Shown in pieces: positions 51,721 to 64,000 of a stretch of DNA of 64,000 nt; position 1 is the first letter of the stretch; every line of letters starts with the position of its first letter. The DNA lies in assembly GCA_024137785.1 (NCBI GenBank), contig JAHRHZ010000116.1, positions 609,421-673,420 on the forward strand. Direction: 5' to 3'. A model generated the notes under the pieces. It was given only the letters and a program-made list of their open reading frames with translations. It was not told where the DNA came from and made no database searches. A program made the translations under genes and the position numbers. Origin of the DNA: Ginglymostoma cirratum (taxonomy: Eukaryota).

Positions 51721-53699
51721 GAAGTTTAAAAAAAGTTTATCAATGTCTGGAAATTCTCCGTTTTATCTGTGCTGTACACCCAGCTTAACAGAAAATATGG
51801 ACTAGGTTCCTGTGTTGAACAGGAATCAATATTTACGATTGATTTCAGTGGAAGAAGGTGCACTTCAACTCCCTGTTGGAATATGCACAGTAGCAAAGTG
51901 TGCATTACCTGGAGGAATAGCAGCAACTAGAACACAGTCTTCCTTAGACAGTACTTCCCAAAGTGATCTCAGCCGTCTGGAAGTCCAAGGGCAGTAGATG
52001 CATGAGACAGCCCTGGAAGTTCCCCTCTCAACCACTTTCTACCTGGAAGTGGGAATCATTATCGCTTGGTGAAAACTGAGTAACCCCAATGTAAAAATAT
52101 TTTGGTGTCCTCATACCTTAAGGACTGCAGCGTTTGAACCTATATCTCAGTACCAACTTTAATAGAGCACTCAGGAATGCGCAAAAATATATGATGGCAT
52201 AGACAGACGCCCATATCAGATGAATTAGTGCAAACAAGAATCACCCTTAAACTCCATACCCTCATAGGTCACTAGTCCATTCCTCACCACAAACGTGCAG
52301 ATCTGCCCTCAATATTGATTCTGCTTTTCTGTATTATGGAAGAAAACAACAATTCGAAACTTTGGCCGAACATCCTCCAGAGGTGTAGGACTGTAGAAAG
52401 TTACCTCAGCCATGTTCACCTCGTGTCATATACATACAAAAGGCATCACCGGGTCGCAGAGTCACAGAATTGCTATCATACTGAAGGTGGTCATTCGACC
52501 CATCATGTCTGTACTGGTTCTATTTCCTCTTTCCGATCTCCTGAACTTTCCCCCACTCCCAAACCCATATTACTGCATGACATTGGCATCCGAATACCTA
52601 TCCAATGACCCACTCTTGTGCCTTAATTGAACCCGCCGCTACCATAATTCTAAATATCGAACACTCACTACCATGTGGTTACAGGAAATTTGCATTCAGG
52701 TACTTTTTTACCCTTCCTACTTAAATTATCCAGTTAACCTGGACCGCATGTTCTGCCTCAGTGTCAAAAACGGAAAGCTGAGCGCTGAGCGGGGCCTCAG
52801 AAGAATCGTCTACTGTCTGCCTGCTTTTCCGGGATTCCCTGACAATCATCCATTCTTCTCGCAGCCTCCAAACCTCTGACCCGTTGTGTGACAACTTTAC
52901 TGTTAAGTGACAACAGCTCCAAGAAGAGGCTGATGGAGCCATCTGAACTGGTTCCTGATATTGATTCAGAGCAGAAAGGCATGGATGTCGCCTTGACCTT
53001 CAGACAGTTCCAGTGTCGTCATTCAGAGGTAGAATGTTCCTGTTCTGTTCGTGGCTCTAAAATCAGTGTGATAGAAAGACATCAACAGATGGAACAGCAC
53101 AAATTGAGATTGAACCCAGGGAAAGTTTCTGAAAGAATCCAGCAGGTGGAGAAATATATTCTTCAGACTGAATACAGTGACAGATAGCCAGAGTAAAAGT
53201 AAATATGGTAAAAGTGGTGTTACAGACAATAATAAATATGGTTCAGATTGAGTCCAGTGATGACGCTGGTGTGATTTGCGGATCTGCAATTTGAGACGGG
53301 TCAGTTTATGAGGCCACGAGGAATTTAGGGTGGGCTGGAGCCCTCTGTGTAACGTGCGTAGGCTGCGTGGGGCACCCATTAACTTGGTAATTACACCACT
53401 TAAACAAAATGTGGAAGCGGGGCGAAAGGAACATCGGCTTGAGAATAAATCTACTGTGATTCTGACGGATTCCTACCATGAATGGAAACCGATGTATACT
53501 AATACTGGGCACTCTATTTTAAGGATAATGACTGTAATCCAGTTCGCAGTGTGTCAATTCATAGAGTTCCGCCCACACAGCATCCCACATTAGGCACTGA
53601 GGTGGAACATCTGGAGTCACGATGGCAGTTTTCTGAAGGAGGGGTTTTAGAAAAGGTGACTATACTATCCGACTGCCTGCTTCGCAGAGAATAGAGACA

Positions 53700-54190
53700 A
53701 TGCAGCTACTCACCATTTGGGCTGCTTGGCGGACACTTCAAACAGATAAATGTGGAGAAAATACATGTAACTTTTCTTTATCAAATCACATTTGAATCAG
53801 ACATCACCTGTTTTTTTGCAACTGGTATCTATTTGCCCTTTCAGACCTGAGTCATGGAGATTCTGTCACTCAGTCACTCATCACAGCTGTTTGGACAGAA
53901 GGAGACGCCGTGATATTGGACTGTTTGTATGAGACTACATCGATTTATTATCGGCTGTTATGGTACCGACAACAAACAAACTGACATCCCGAGTTTGCCC
54001 TATTGAAATACCCTGAAGGTGCCAAGCAGAAAGCAGAATTTGCTGAAATTCGTTTCTCTGCAGAATTCCAGACCGACAAAAAATACACCAGTTTAACTAT
54101 CTCAGGAACGCAGCTGACTGATACCACCATGTCTTACTGCACTCTCAGACACACAATAGTAGAATACATTCTCAGTGTCATACAAAAACA
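53700..54190 (+). pseudogene. TCR Valpha/delta-like pseudogene B7
   Basis: Leader MQLLTIWAAWRTLQT with donor GT>AT; exon from 53845 in frame with one TGA (53982): DSVTQS..VILDCLY..WYRQ..RFSAEFQTDKKYTSLTISGTQLTDTTMSYCTLR; RSS cacaata (54152)-23-acaaaaaca. Confidence 0.9.
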
Positions 54191-54879
54191 GTAGTTGGGA
54201 TTATTTGTCTTGGATTTCTTCAGAATCGCAGGCGATACAAGCACTAACAAGTGGTACAGGAACTCAGACAAAAATCATAATAAAACCAAATTATCCTCGA
54301 ATCTGACTGCCACCTAAGTGCTTGCAAGAGTAGATAAGATGATAATCTAAGTTTGAATTCCTTTGAAATAAGGGTCAACATTCCAAGGGTGTTCTCTACT
54401 ACCTTATGATCTTGCATGCTAGCTTTTTGACATCAGGAGAGTAAGACAGCCAAATCCCTCCGTGTTGTTGTTTTCAGTCGTCCTTACCCATATGTATAAT
54501 ATTCAGCACTTCTATGTCTTCTGCCAAAATGCATAACCTCGCATTTCCCCCACATTGCTTACCGTCAGCTAAATGTGGTCTCCTTGTTGTACCTTTGTAT
54601 ATCCTTCTGTAGAATCATTGTGTCATCCTCACCAGTCTCCTTCCTCCCAATTTTTGTGTCATTTGCAAACTCGACGATAATATTTGATTTCCTTCATCCA
54701 ATTCAGTAAGTGCCCTGAACTGCTTAACACAACCCTTCTTCCTCGATCATTTGGGTATTCCTACAACCATATTAACATACTACCAACGCACTTGGCTTGT
54801 GTTATTAAGCAGCCAGACGTACAGTATCTTCTCAAATGTCTTATAGAAATCAAAATATATTAGATTTTCTTGTTCTCTG

Positions 54880-55470
54880 TTGCAGATATATAAAACCCTT
54901 GTTGGGCCGCATTTGAAATATTGTGACCACCACATTACCAGAAGGATGTGGAAGCTTTGGAGAGAATGCAGAGTAGGTTCACTAAGATTTTCCCAGTCTC
55001 AAGGACATTCCCATTGATGAAAGGTTAAAATAGACGAGGACGGTTTTTACTTAGAAGGCAGTGGCTGAGAGGATACGTTATAGATATTTACAAAATTATG
55101 AGAGGCATAGATAGGGTGGATATTCAGAGGCGTTTTCCCAGAGTTGACTATTCAATTACAAGGGGGCACAGGTTTAAGGTGAGAGGACAAAAGTTTAAGG
55201 GAGATGTGCGAGGAAAGATTTTCACGTACAGAATGGTAGGAGCCTAGAATGGACTGCCCAGAGAAGTGGTGGAAGTAGGCAAGTGGGCGACATTTAAGGG
55301 GAATCTGGATGGTTACATGAATAGCAAGGGAATGGAGAGATGTAGACTGAATTAGGGCGGAAGATTTGTTTTTATTTTAGCTTAGTCAGAGTATGATGAT
55401 CGACACAGGCTTGGAGGGCCGAAGGGCCTGCTGCTGTGCTGTACTTCACTTTTATTATATGTTCTTTGTT
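54880..55470 (+). mobile_element. CR1 3' fragment nested in an older minus-strand CR1 relic (about 54300-55580)
   Basis: 'ccgcatttgaaatattgtg', 'gaaggatgtggaagctttggagag', CR1 tail 'gggccgaagggcctg'. Confidence 0.8.
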
Positions 55471-56439
55471 CCTTTTTTAAAATCTATTTTAGTTGTTATT
55501 TCCTCAAGAAATTCCACTGAATGTGCCAGGCACGATTTTTCTTTCCCAATGCATATTGAATCTTCCTGATTATGTGGTGTGAAGGTGAAATCAGCATAGT
55601 CATAGAGAACAATTTGGTTTCTCTCCTAATACAGAAAGACAATTGGTGGTAAGTCGAAACACAGGGTCACCACGATGGACGAGGCAAAAGGCAGGACATT
55701 CACTATCGCTGTAAGACCGTGTGAGAATCCTGGTATTACCCTGCATTACAATCCATCTGCTCGTCCAACGGAGTTAACAAAAGTCTAAGAATCGTGTGTT
55801 TATAAATGCATTACGTCTATGCCCTTTTTAACAGATTATCATTTTCCCAATTGCAGTTGTTAAGCCAACTGCCTTCTTGCTTTATTGGCGCTGTCACGTT
55901 TGTGAATAAAGATCTCGAGTCTGAATGTAAAGACATAGTAATAGATGACAACAGATATAGTGGAAACTGGTAAAGTTAAATCAGACATACGGTGACATGG
56001 TGATAAGTAATGTTGAGAATGAATACAGTAGTGCAGAGAAAGAACAGTACAAAGCAAAAAGAAAAAAAAACAAGAATGAGGAGTCTAGTGAGACTATATT
56101 GGCCATAGGGCTTTCTTCTACGTGCTTTCACAGGACCGAAAGAAAGTCTTTTTTTTTTCAATAAATCTTTTGAAACACCTCTGGACCCTTTTGAAAGCTG
56201 TTACTTTACATTCCTACTTTTTTTTCAGAGTTTTTATTTCATTTTCTTTTCTTTCATGACATGACATGTTCATAAGCCTCTTTTTTGGTAAAATGTCCTG
56301 GATTTGTATCACAGACCTGCAGCTTACTTTACAAAGTGTCATATTAAATATGGACAGTGATCCTGGCCCTGGGAAGGAGGGAGGTGGTGGTGGTCTCACT
56401 CTGATTGAATTTATGACAATATTCACCGATCTCTTATAA

Positions 56440-56740
56440 AAGATCCTGAGGCTCGAGAATCCCCATTGCGTGGAATCAGGCCATTCAGGTCGCCAAACTG
56501 TAATCATCCTATCCCATCGCTGATACATGTTATTTTCAATTGCTTAATACACGTAACATTCACATTTTAGGCAATTGAGCATAAACATCTTAGGACCGTG
56601 AGATGAATCCTGAGAAAACGTGCGCAGACATGTGGAGAATGAGCAAACTCCACGCAGACAACCATTTCAGGATGATTTTGGCGGGGGTCTCGAGCTCTGT
56701 GAGTTAGCAGTGCTAACCACAGAGCCACAGTGCCACACTG
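56440..56740 (-). mobile_element. Decayed HE1-like SINE
   Basis: 'gcagtgctaaccacagagccacagtgcc' is the reverse of the HE1 head. Confidence 0.65.
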
Positions 56741-57104
56741 ACTGATAGAATTATGAGTTAAAGTTTAAAAAACAAGAGGCTGACCATTTGACACTGAGAT
56801 GAGGAAGTATCATTTCTCTGAGAGGGTTCTGAGTCTGGAATTTTCTTTCCGGAAAGACTAGTGAACGCAGAATCCTAACTGTTTCTTAACAAGAGTTAAA
56901 TGGATTCTTGATGAACAAGGAGATGAAATGTCATCGTGTTATACAGCAGTTTCGAGATCCGATTTAAATCAGATTTGCCGTTACTTTGTTGAGTGAGATA
57001 GCAGGCTGTTAAACATTGTGTGTCTACATCTGACACACTCTTCGATATTTGTGTTATCGTATCCATCTTCTGGGGAGTCCTCTCTGAAAAAGATATAGTT
57101 ATCA

Positions 57105-57550
57105 ATGTTAAAACAGTCAACTAATTTCTTCTCTGTCACTCCTCTCCATTATTTGAAGAGTGTGAATTCTGTTCGTACAATCTTCTGTGAATTAACCACT
57201 TTCTAACACTATGCTTTTTTGTTCTGTGTCTTTTAGGGGCCTGTCTGAATCGATCACTCAGCAGCCAGAGATCTGTGTAACCGCTAAGAGTGAAGACAGG
57301 GTCACCTTCACCTGCACCAACACAGGGGGGCGAGGGTTCAGCTTTCCTCGTATGGGATGCGTCTCTCCCTGGGCCCCAAGGTATTTCTTATCCGCTGCAT
57401 AGGCGACTTCAATGACAGCGCCACGCTAGCCAGAAGACACGTCACATCTTCTCTGGTCAAAACCTGCAGAGCGTCAGTGTAACAGACTGACAGCTCTCGG
57501 CTGAGTGTCCTGATCAATGCTACTGTTTCTTAATAATTTTCACGGTGATA
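57105..57550 (+). pseudogene. Second-family TCR-V-like pseudogene C2
   Basis: Leader MLKQSTNFFSVTPLHYLK|gt (57160); acceptor 57235-57236; GLSESITQQPEICVTAKSEDRVTFTC..APRYFL..CYC; heptamer cacggtg at 57541-57547. Confidence 0.8.
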
Positions 57551-57559
57551 CATGAGCAA

Positions 57560-60500
57560 ATGAAAACGTACAGCACAGAGACAGGCCCTTCGACCCTCCA
57601 AGACCGTGCCGTCCATCATTCCCTAAGTAATCTAAAAACATACCTGTTATTTTTAGATCTGTATATCTCTCTTCCCTCCCTAATAAATTTCTTCACTGTG
57701 CCCACTTTCACCACCTTTTCCGGCAGTGCGTTTCAGGCTGCTACCACTCCCTGCGTGAAAAACGTCCCTCACACATCTCCCTTATATGGTCCCCCTCTGA
57801 TCTTGAACCTGTGCCCCCTTGTAATTGAAAATTCGACCCTTGGAAAATGCCTCTGACTATTCAACCTTTTAATGCCTCTCACAATTTTGTAAGCTCAGCT
57901 GCCGTCTTTACAGTCATAACAATCCTAGTCTCCTAGTTTTCCTCATAGTCAATGCCATGGAGACCAGGCAACATCCTGGTGAACCTTCTCTGTACTGTCT
58001 CAAGAGCTTCCACATTCTTCTGGTAGTGTGGTGAACAAAACTACATACTGCACACACTACTCCAAATGTGGCCTAACAAGAGTTTTATACATCTGCAACA
58101 TGTTTTGAGAACTCTTGTGCTCCATACCCTGGGTGACGAAGGCAAGCATGCCATATGCCTTCTTAATCACCTTGGCTACCTGTGTTACAATTTCAGGGTA
58201 CTGTGGACCTGCACGCTCATATCCGCCTGAATGTTTGTGTTTCTTGGTGTTCTGCAATACACAACATAATTCACATCTAAATTTGATAGTCCAAAATGCA
58301 TCACCTCATATTTATCGGGATTAAACTCCATATGTCATTTCTGTGCCCAAGTCGCCAATCTGTCTATATCCTGTTGTATATTTTCACAATCGCTTGCACT
58401 CTCAGCATCTCCACCAATCTTCATGTCATCAGCAAACTTGCTAATCGGACCACCCACTTTTCTTCTAGATCATTTGTATATATGACAAATAGCAAAGGAC
58501 CTAAGACTGACCCCTGTGGAACACCACTAATTACTGATATACATTCTGGAAAACATCAAAACATCCTTCCACCACTACTCTCTGTCTTCTATGACCAAGC
58601 CAGTTTTCTATCCATCTAGCCAGGGCACCCCGAATCCCTAGTGATTTTAGTTTTTGTACCAACCTGCTAAGTAAGATTTTATCAAATTCCTTACTAAAGT
58701 CCATATAATCTACATCCCCAGCCCTTCCCTCATCAAATATGTTCGTTACCTCTTCAAAAAGTTCAATCATATTAGTGTGACATGACATTCCCCGGACAAA
58801 ACCATGTTGTCTGTCACGAACTAATCTATTTTCCTTCAAATGCACATATATCTTGTCACTCAGTATCTTCTCCAGGAGCTTCCCCACCACAGGCATGAAG
58901 CTCACTGGCCCATAGTTTCCTGGATTATCCTGGCATCCTTTGTTAAACAAGGTCACAGCATTCGCTAATCTCCAGTCGTCTGGAACTCCACCTGTGGTCA
59001 ACGAGGCTGTGAAGATATCTGCCAGTACCCCAGCTATATCGTCTCTTGCCTCTCTGAGCAATGTGGGGTAGATCCCATCTGGCCCTGGGAACGTATCTAT
59101 CTTAATGCAATTTAGGATTTCAAGAACTTCTCTCTCAATGTGTTGATATTTTCTCGAGTATTCACACACTCAATGTTAGTCATGTTCTTCTTAATGATGA
59201 AAACCGATACAAAGTACTCGTTCAGGATCACCCCAATTTCCTGTGACTCTGCATATAATTTCCCTCCTTCGTCCTTGAGTAGAGCTACTCTTTCTCCAAA
59301 AATATGTATAAAAAGCCTTGGGATTCTCTTTGACCATGTTTGCTAAAGACATTTCCTGGTCCCTTTTTGCCTTCCTAATTGTGCTTTAAGTTCCGTCCTA
59401 ATTTCTCCGTGCTCCTCCAAGGCTTCGTCAGTTTGTAGCTGCCTAGACTTGCTTTATGCTTCCTTTTCTCTTTTCACAAACCTTACAATTTCCCTTGCAA
59501 TCCAATATTTCTGAATTCTTCGATTCCGATCCTTTCGTTTTGCAGGTACATGCATGCCCTGCACTTTAGTCAATAGATCTTTAAAAGCCTCCCAAATGTC
59601 AGAGGCAGGTTTTCCCTCAAATAACTGTTTCCAATCCACTTTCTCAAGTTCCTGTCTAATTTGGGTGTAATTGGTTCTTGCCCACTTAAGCACCCTCGCC
59701 TGAGGGCAACTTGTGTCCTTTTCCATGACTACATGGAATCTTATGGAATTATGGTCACTCAGCCTGAAATGTTCTCCTACTGAAAAATCAATCACCTGTC
59801 CTGGCTCATTCCTTAGGACCAAGTCTAATAGTCCCTCCTCTCTGCTTGGATTGTCAACATATTGCCTCAAAAAGCCTTCTACTAATAAACTGGTATCCAT
59901 CCGAGGCCCTGTCTCTAAGGGACTCCCACTCAGTAAGAGGAAGGTTAAAGTCACCCACCTCAACTACCCTGCTCTTTTCACACTTTTCTGGTATATGATT
60001 ACTTGTCTGCTCCTCTGTCTCCCTTGAGCTGTTGGAGGTCGATACAAAATTCCCAACATTGTAATTTCACCCTTCCTCTTCCTGAGCTCCACCCATAATA
60101 CTTCAATGCAAGATCCCACCAATGTGTCCTCCCTCAACACAGCTGTGATGTAATCCCTTATCAGCAGTGCGACTCTGCCACCCCTTCTTTTTTTTCCTTT
60201 CTGTCTCTTCTAAAACAGTGATATCCAGAAGTGTTAAGCTGCCAGTCTTATCCCTACTTTAGCCACGTCTCTATAATGGCAATAACATCGTAATTCCATG
60301 CAGGAACCTATGCTCTTAGTTCCTCTGACTTACCTGCTATACTCATTGCTTTGAATTAAATGCATTCCAGTCTTACAGTCCCTCTCTTGCCCGTGAATTG
60401 CCTGTGCCTGTTCTTACTCTATGCTCTGCATATCTCTGTCACAGTTTTGTCCCCTTGGCATTTAACTGCCAAGTATTCCGGTTCCCACCTCCCTGGCACA

Positions 60501-61385
60501 CTAGTTTAAACCCTCCTAAAGAGCTCTAGCAAACCTCCTGCCCAGGATATTGGTGCCCCTCCAATTCCGGTGCAACCTGTCCTCCCTGTACAGGTCACAC
60601 CTTCTCCAGAAGTCATCCCAATGATCCATATATCTCAAGCCCTATTTCCAACCCCAGCTCTGTAGCCACGTGTTCAACTGCACACTCTCTGGTAGTCCTG
60701 CATTTTCGTTCCCTACCTGACTCCCTGGATTGTCTTCGCAGAACCTCTTCCTTCTTCCCACCTATGTCACTTATGCCAATGTGGACAATGACTTCTGGCT
60801 GTTTTCCCTCCAGCTTCAGGATGTCCTGCACCCGGCCAGAGCCATCAAGAACACTGACACTAGGGAGCAACAAACCATCCGAGAATCTCGTTCATGGCCA
60901 CAGAAACGCCTATCCGTGCCCCTGACTATCGAGTCACCCACTAATTCGCTCGCCTAGACTTTGCCACACCCTGCTCTACAGTAGAACCAGTCATGGTGCC
61001 ACATGTCTGGCCAGTGCCATGACTATGCCCTGAGAGGCTATGTCCTGCAACAGTATCCAAAACGGTAAACTTGTTTGAAAGGATAAAAGCCACAGGAGAC
61101 TCCTGAACTACCTGCATGTCTCTCCTGGTAGTCTCCCACATATCTGCATGGACCTGTGGTGTGACCACCTCCTTCAAGCGAGAATCTGACTCTTTCTCTG
61201 CCCCCTGTATACACTGCGGTGTGCCCAGCTGCTTCTCCAACTGAACCATGCGATCTATGAGAATCTGCAGCTGGTTACATTTCCTGCAGATGTAGTTGCC
61301 AGGGACACTGGACTGCTCCCTGATTTCTCACATCTGACAGGAGGAGCATACCACTGCCCTAACTGTAATATTCTCCCTTTTACAC
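57560..61385 (-). mobile_element. Near full-length degenerate CR1 (ORF1 Cys-rich + esterase, ORF2)
   Basis: Minus ORFs: QPEVIVHIGISDIG (ORF1 esterase), LSDHNSIRF, PGPDGIYP..WRLANAVTLFNKG..QHGFVRG, LVRPHLE; tail near 57560. Confidence 0.92.
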
Positions 61386-61589
61386 TTATAAAAGTTCTCC
61401 CACCCCCAAAGTAAACTGATCGTCGTGTACAGCCTGTGAGAATTCGGAAGTAATGGATTTGAGCAAAGGACTGTGCAATATCATTCTGAAGAACAGAGAG
61501 CAAGTGTAATTTAAAAAGAAACATAGAAACATAGGTCCACGGCAGACAAATATGCAGTAAGATGCAAGAATAGGGAGAGTGAGAGAAAG

Positions 61590-62050
61590 AGAGAGAGAGA
61601 GAGACAGAGAGAGGAGTGGAATCATACAGCATGGAAACACACTCTCCTGTCCAACTAGCCTTCGCTGACCATGTTCCTAAACTGAAAACTTCCACCTGTC
61701 CGTGTTTGGCACATATTCTTCCAAACGTCTCCTATTTATGTACTTATCCAAATTTCTTTCCAATGTTGGAAATTTAACTGCATCCAGCAGTTCCCCTAGC
61801 AATTCATTCCACACACTAACTACTCTATCTGTAAAAAAAAAAGTTGTCCATACATCCTTCTTTAATCATTCTCCTCTCACCTTAAAAACGTGTTTCTTAG
61901 AATTGAACTTTCCCAATTTAGGGAAAAGACCTACTGTATTTGCCTTACAGATGACCCTCATGATTTTATAAAACTATGCAATCACCCCTCAACGTCCTAC
62001 TCTTCAATGAAAATTGGCAAGCCTATCCAACCTATAATCAGAATTCAAAC
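61590..62050 (-). mobile_element. CR1 3' fragment
   Basis: 'tatgtacttatccaaat..ttcattccacacactaac..tctcctctcaccttaaaa' is the reverse of a CR1 3' end. Confidence 0.7.
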
Positions 62051-62174
62051 TTTTAAAGCGCTTTCTCGTTTCTCTGTTATTAAACCACTGTAGTTGTGGG
62101 GGGGGGGGAGAGGTGGAAAGTGAATACATGATCCAGAGTCATGTCGGTTTAAGGAATGCTGCTTTCATTTGACG

Positions 62175-62520
62175 GTATTCATTCAGATATCTCATTAACT
62201 CAGCCAGAGGCAGAGACAGGGAAGCCTGGATTGTCTCTGAGTCTCATCTGTAAAATTAGCAGGTTCCATTTGGGCAGCTACATTATGTTCTGCTGTATAC
62301 AATGTCCTGGGAACAGCCAGCAATGACAATTTTGGTATATCAATGAATAGAACTAAAGTCTTTAATCCCAACATTAGTGAGCAAGATATTTCTTCGAAAA
62401 ACCTTACAAACAATAACTTCGCTTTGGATTTCAGGACATTAATAATACCAGATATTGAGACATATTCATATGCACAGAGATACAGTGAGAGAGATCAGAA
62501 CCAGATGATGTGCAAAACTT
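62175..62520 (+). pseudogene. VH-like V pseudogene V5 (leader not found)
   Basis: IHSDISLTQPEAETGKPGLSLSLICKISRFHLGSYIM..* ..NNNFALDFRTLIIPDIETYSYAQR; RSS tacagtg (62481)-24-gcaaaactt. Confidence 0.85.
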
Positions 62521-63474
62521 TAAGAAAGGTAACGTAACATTTTCCATAATTCACAAAGCAGCAATTCACCCACAACTGTCAACAGCTCATCGAGTCAGAT
62601 TATTGTAAAGAGCAGAGGAGGCCATTTGGCATTTCGTATCTCTGCCTAGCCCCAAATACTTCTCAATAAGTCCATCTCAACCATTACTTCCACAGAGCTG
62701 AGAGTTTTGTCCTCCAATATATTAATACAACTATCTGATTACTGTATAAGAGCAATGCTTTCTTTTCCACTCTCCCATTATTTTATCGTATGGTCTGCAA
62801 TGTTCATATCCAGAAGTTCACTTTTTTTAATGTATTCACAATCATATGCATTTATTGCAAAAAAAGGGGTAGAATTAGAAGCAGGCCATTTATCCTAACA
62901 ATGCTGCTCCATCAAGCATTGTGACCATGACTGGTCGAATAACCCGCAACTCCGCTTTCCAGCATGTTAATCAATTCACTTATTTTTTTTTCAATCTGTC
63001 TAACTCAGGCTTGAATACATTAACTTATCCATGCTTAAATTACCTCTGTGGGAAATAATTACACAGATTGATGCAATCCTGATAGATGAGATTCCTCAGT
63101 ATATCTCTCTGAAATTTGTGAATTCTTTCTGGAGGCACATACGGGAATGCTAAGAATTGAAAAATTTACTCCTCTCCCTCTCTCTTTACCCCGCTCTATC
63201 AGCCCCTCCCCGACACCCGTGTTTCTCCCATATGTAAAAATATACACTGCCACCTTCTACTGGATAATGGAATGCCTTCACTACACACTCCTGCACAGGA
63301 GGAGTCTAAAAAAAAATCTCTCGCGTATTCCACCACAATGCAGACAGCTGTTCAGAACTCCTATCAAAATGATTGCCAGCTCACTCTCCTTTTTTTTTTG
63401 TTCTGCACTCGCATTTCAAGCTCAACCTACCTCCTACCTTCCAGCTTGTTTTATAATTTTTTTAAAATTCATTC

Positions 63475-63800
63475 ATGGGATATGAGCGCCACTAGCGAGA
63501 ACAGAAATTATCACCCTTCCCTAATTGCTCAGAGGGTAGTAAAGAGTCAACAACATTGCTGTAGGTCTGGAGTCACGTGTAGGCCAGACCTGTTAAAGGA
63601 GATTTCCTTAGCAAAAGGACATTAGTGAACCAGATGGGTTTCCTGACAATTGACAATAATTTCATGATCGTCATTACACTCTTAATTTCACAATATTATC
63701 AAATTCCACCATCTGCCATGCTGGGATTGAAACCCGGGTCCCCGCAACATAGCTTCTTCCCTGAATTAATACTCTAGCGATAAGTCCACTGGGCCATTGC
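63475..63800 (-). mobile_element. SacSINE1/DeuSINE-like SINE
   Basis: Reverse reads tggcccagtgg..gggtttcaatcccagcatggcagatggtggaattt..tggcctacacgtgactccagacc. Confidence 0.65.
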
Positions 63801-64000
63801 CTACCCCTATTTTTCAAACAGTTGGCGAGCTGTCCCTGAATTCTGTTTGATCTTGCCTCGCTCAACAGTCTACCACGTGGAACCTTGTTAACGGCCTTGC
63901 TAAGTCTATGTGGATAACATCTACCGCTCTGCTTTCATCTATCTTCTTTGACAGCTCTGCCAAAACCTCAATCAATGTTCGGGTAGTGGCGGATTGCCTT

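Noticed and set aside
52888-53187. 99-aa ORF with a paralogous region near 29340-29640
   Set aside because: The frame is not preserved in the paralogue; it looks like an old antisense LINE relic within the duplicated unit.
16802-54190. Canonical NAR-TCR cassette
   Set aside because: No NAR-type V, no J motif, and the TCR V genes have their own leaders.
1-64000. CRISPR arrays, operons, true tRNA or rRNA genes
   Set aside because: Vertebrate DNA with no repeat-spacer array; tRNA-like boxes occur only in SINE heads.

Overview
Eukaryotic genomic DNA with three N-gaps. The repeat content (CR1 LINEs with (TTCTATG)n tails, HE1-type V-SINEs, SacSINE1-like SINEs, Penelope, Rex1) and the V-gene sequences point to a cartilaginous fish, most likely a shark. 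The window is part of an antigen-receptor V-segment array, most consistent with the TCR alpha/delta locus. I found 14 V segments, all on the + strand, in three families: five IgH(VH)-like, seven TCR Valpha/delta-like, and two of a second TCR-V-like family. They are interleaved, built as leader-intron-V exon (leader missing in one VH-like copy, unclear in another), and carry 23-type RSSs where the 3' end survives. Every copy has at least one inactivating lesion, but two are nearly intact: a VH-like V at 9729-10245 with a perfect RSS and a TCR V at 44848-45336. No convincing J or C exon is present. Less obvious structure: an orphan near-perfect 12-RSS at 25181-25208 with three paralogues, each upstream of a TCR V; an inverted duplication of a VH 3' end plus RSS; a CR1 inserted inside an RSS spacer; different promoter motifs for the VH-like and TCR-like families; and Penelope-derived minimal hammerhead ribozyme motifs. 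All alignments were done by eye, with no database searches.
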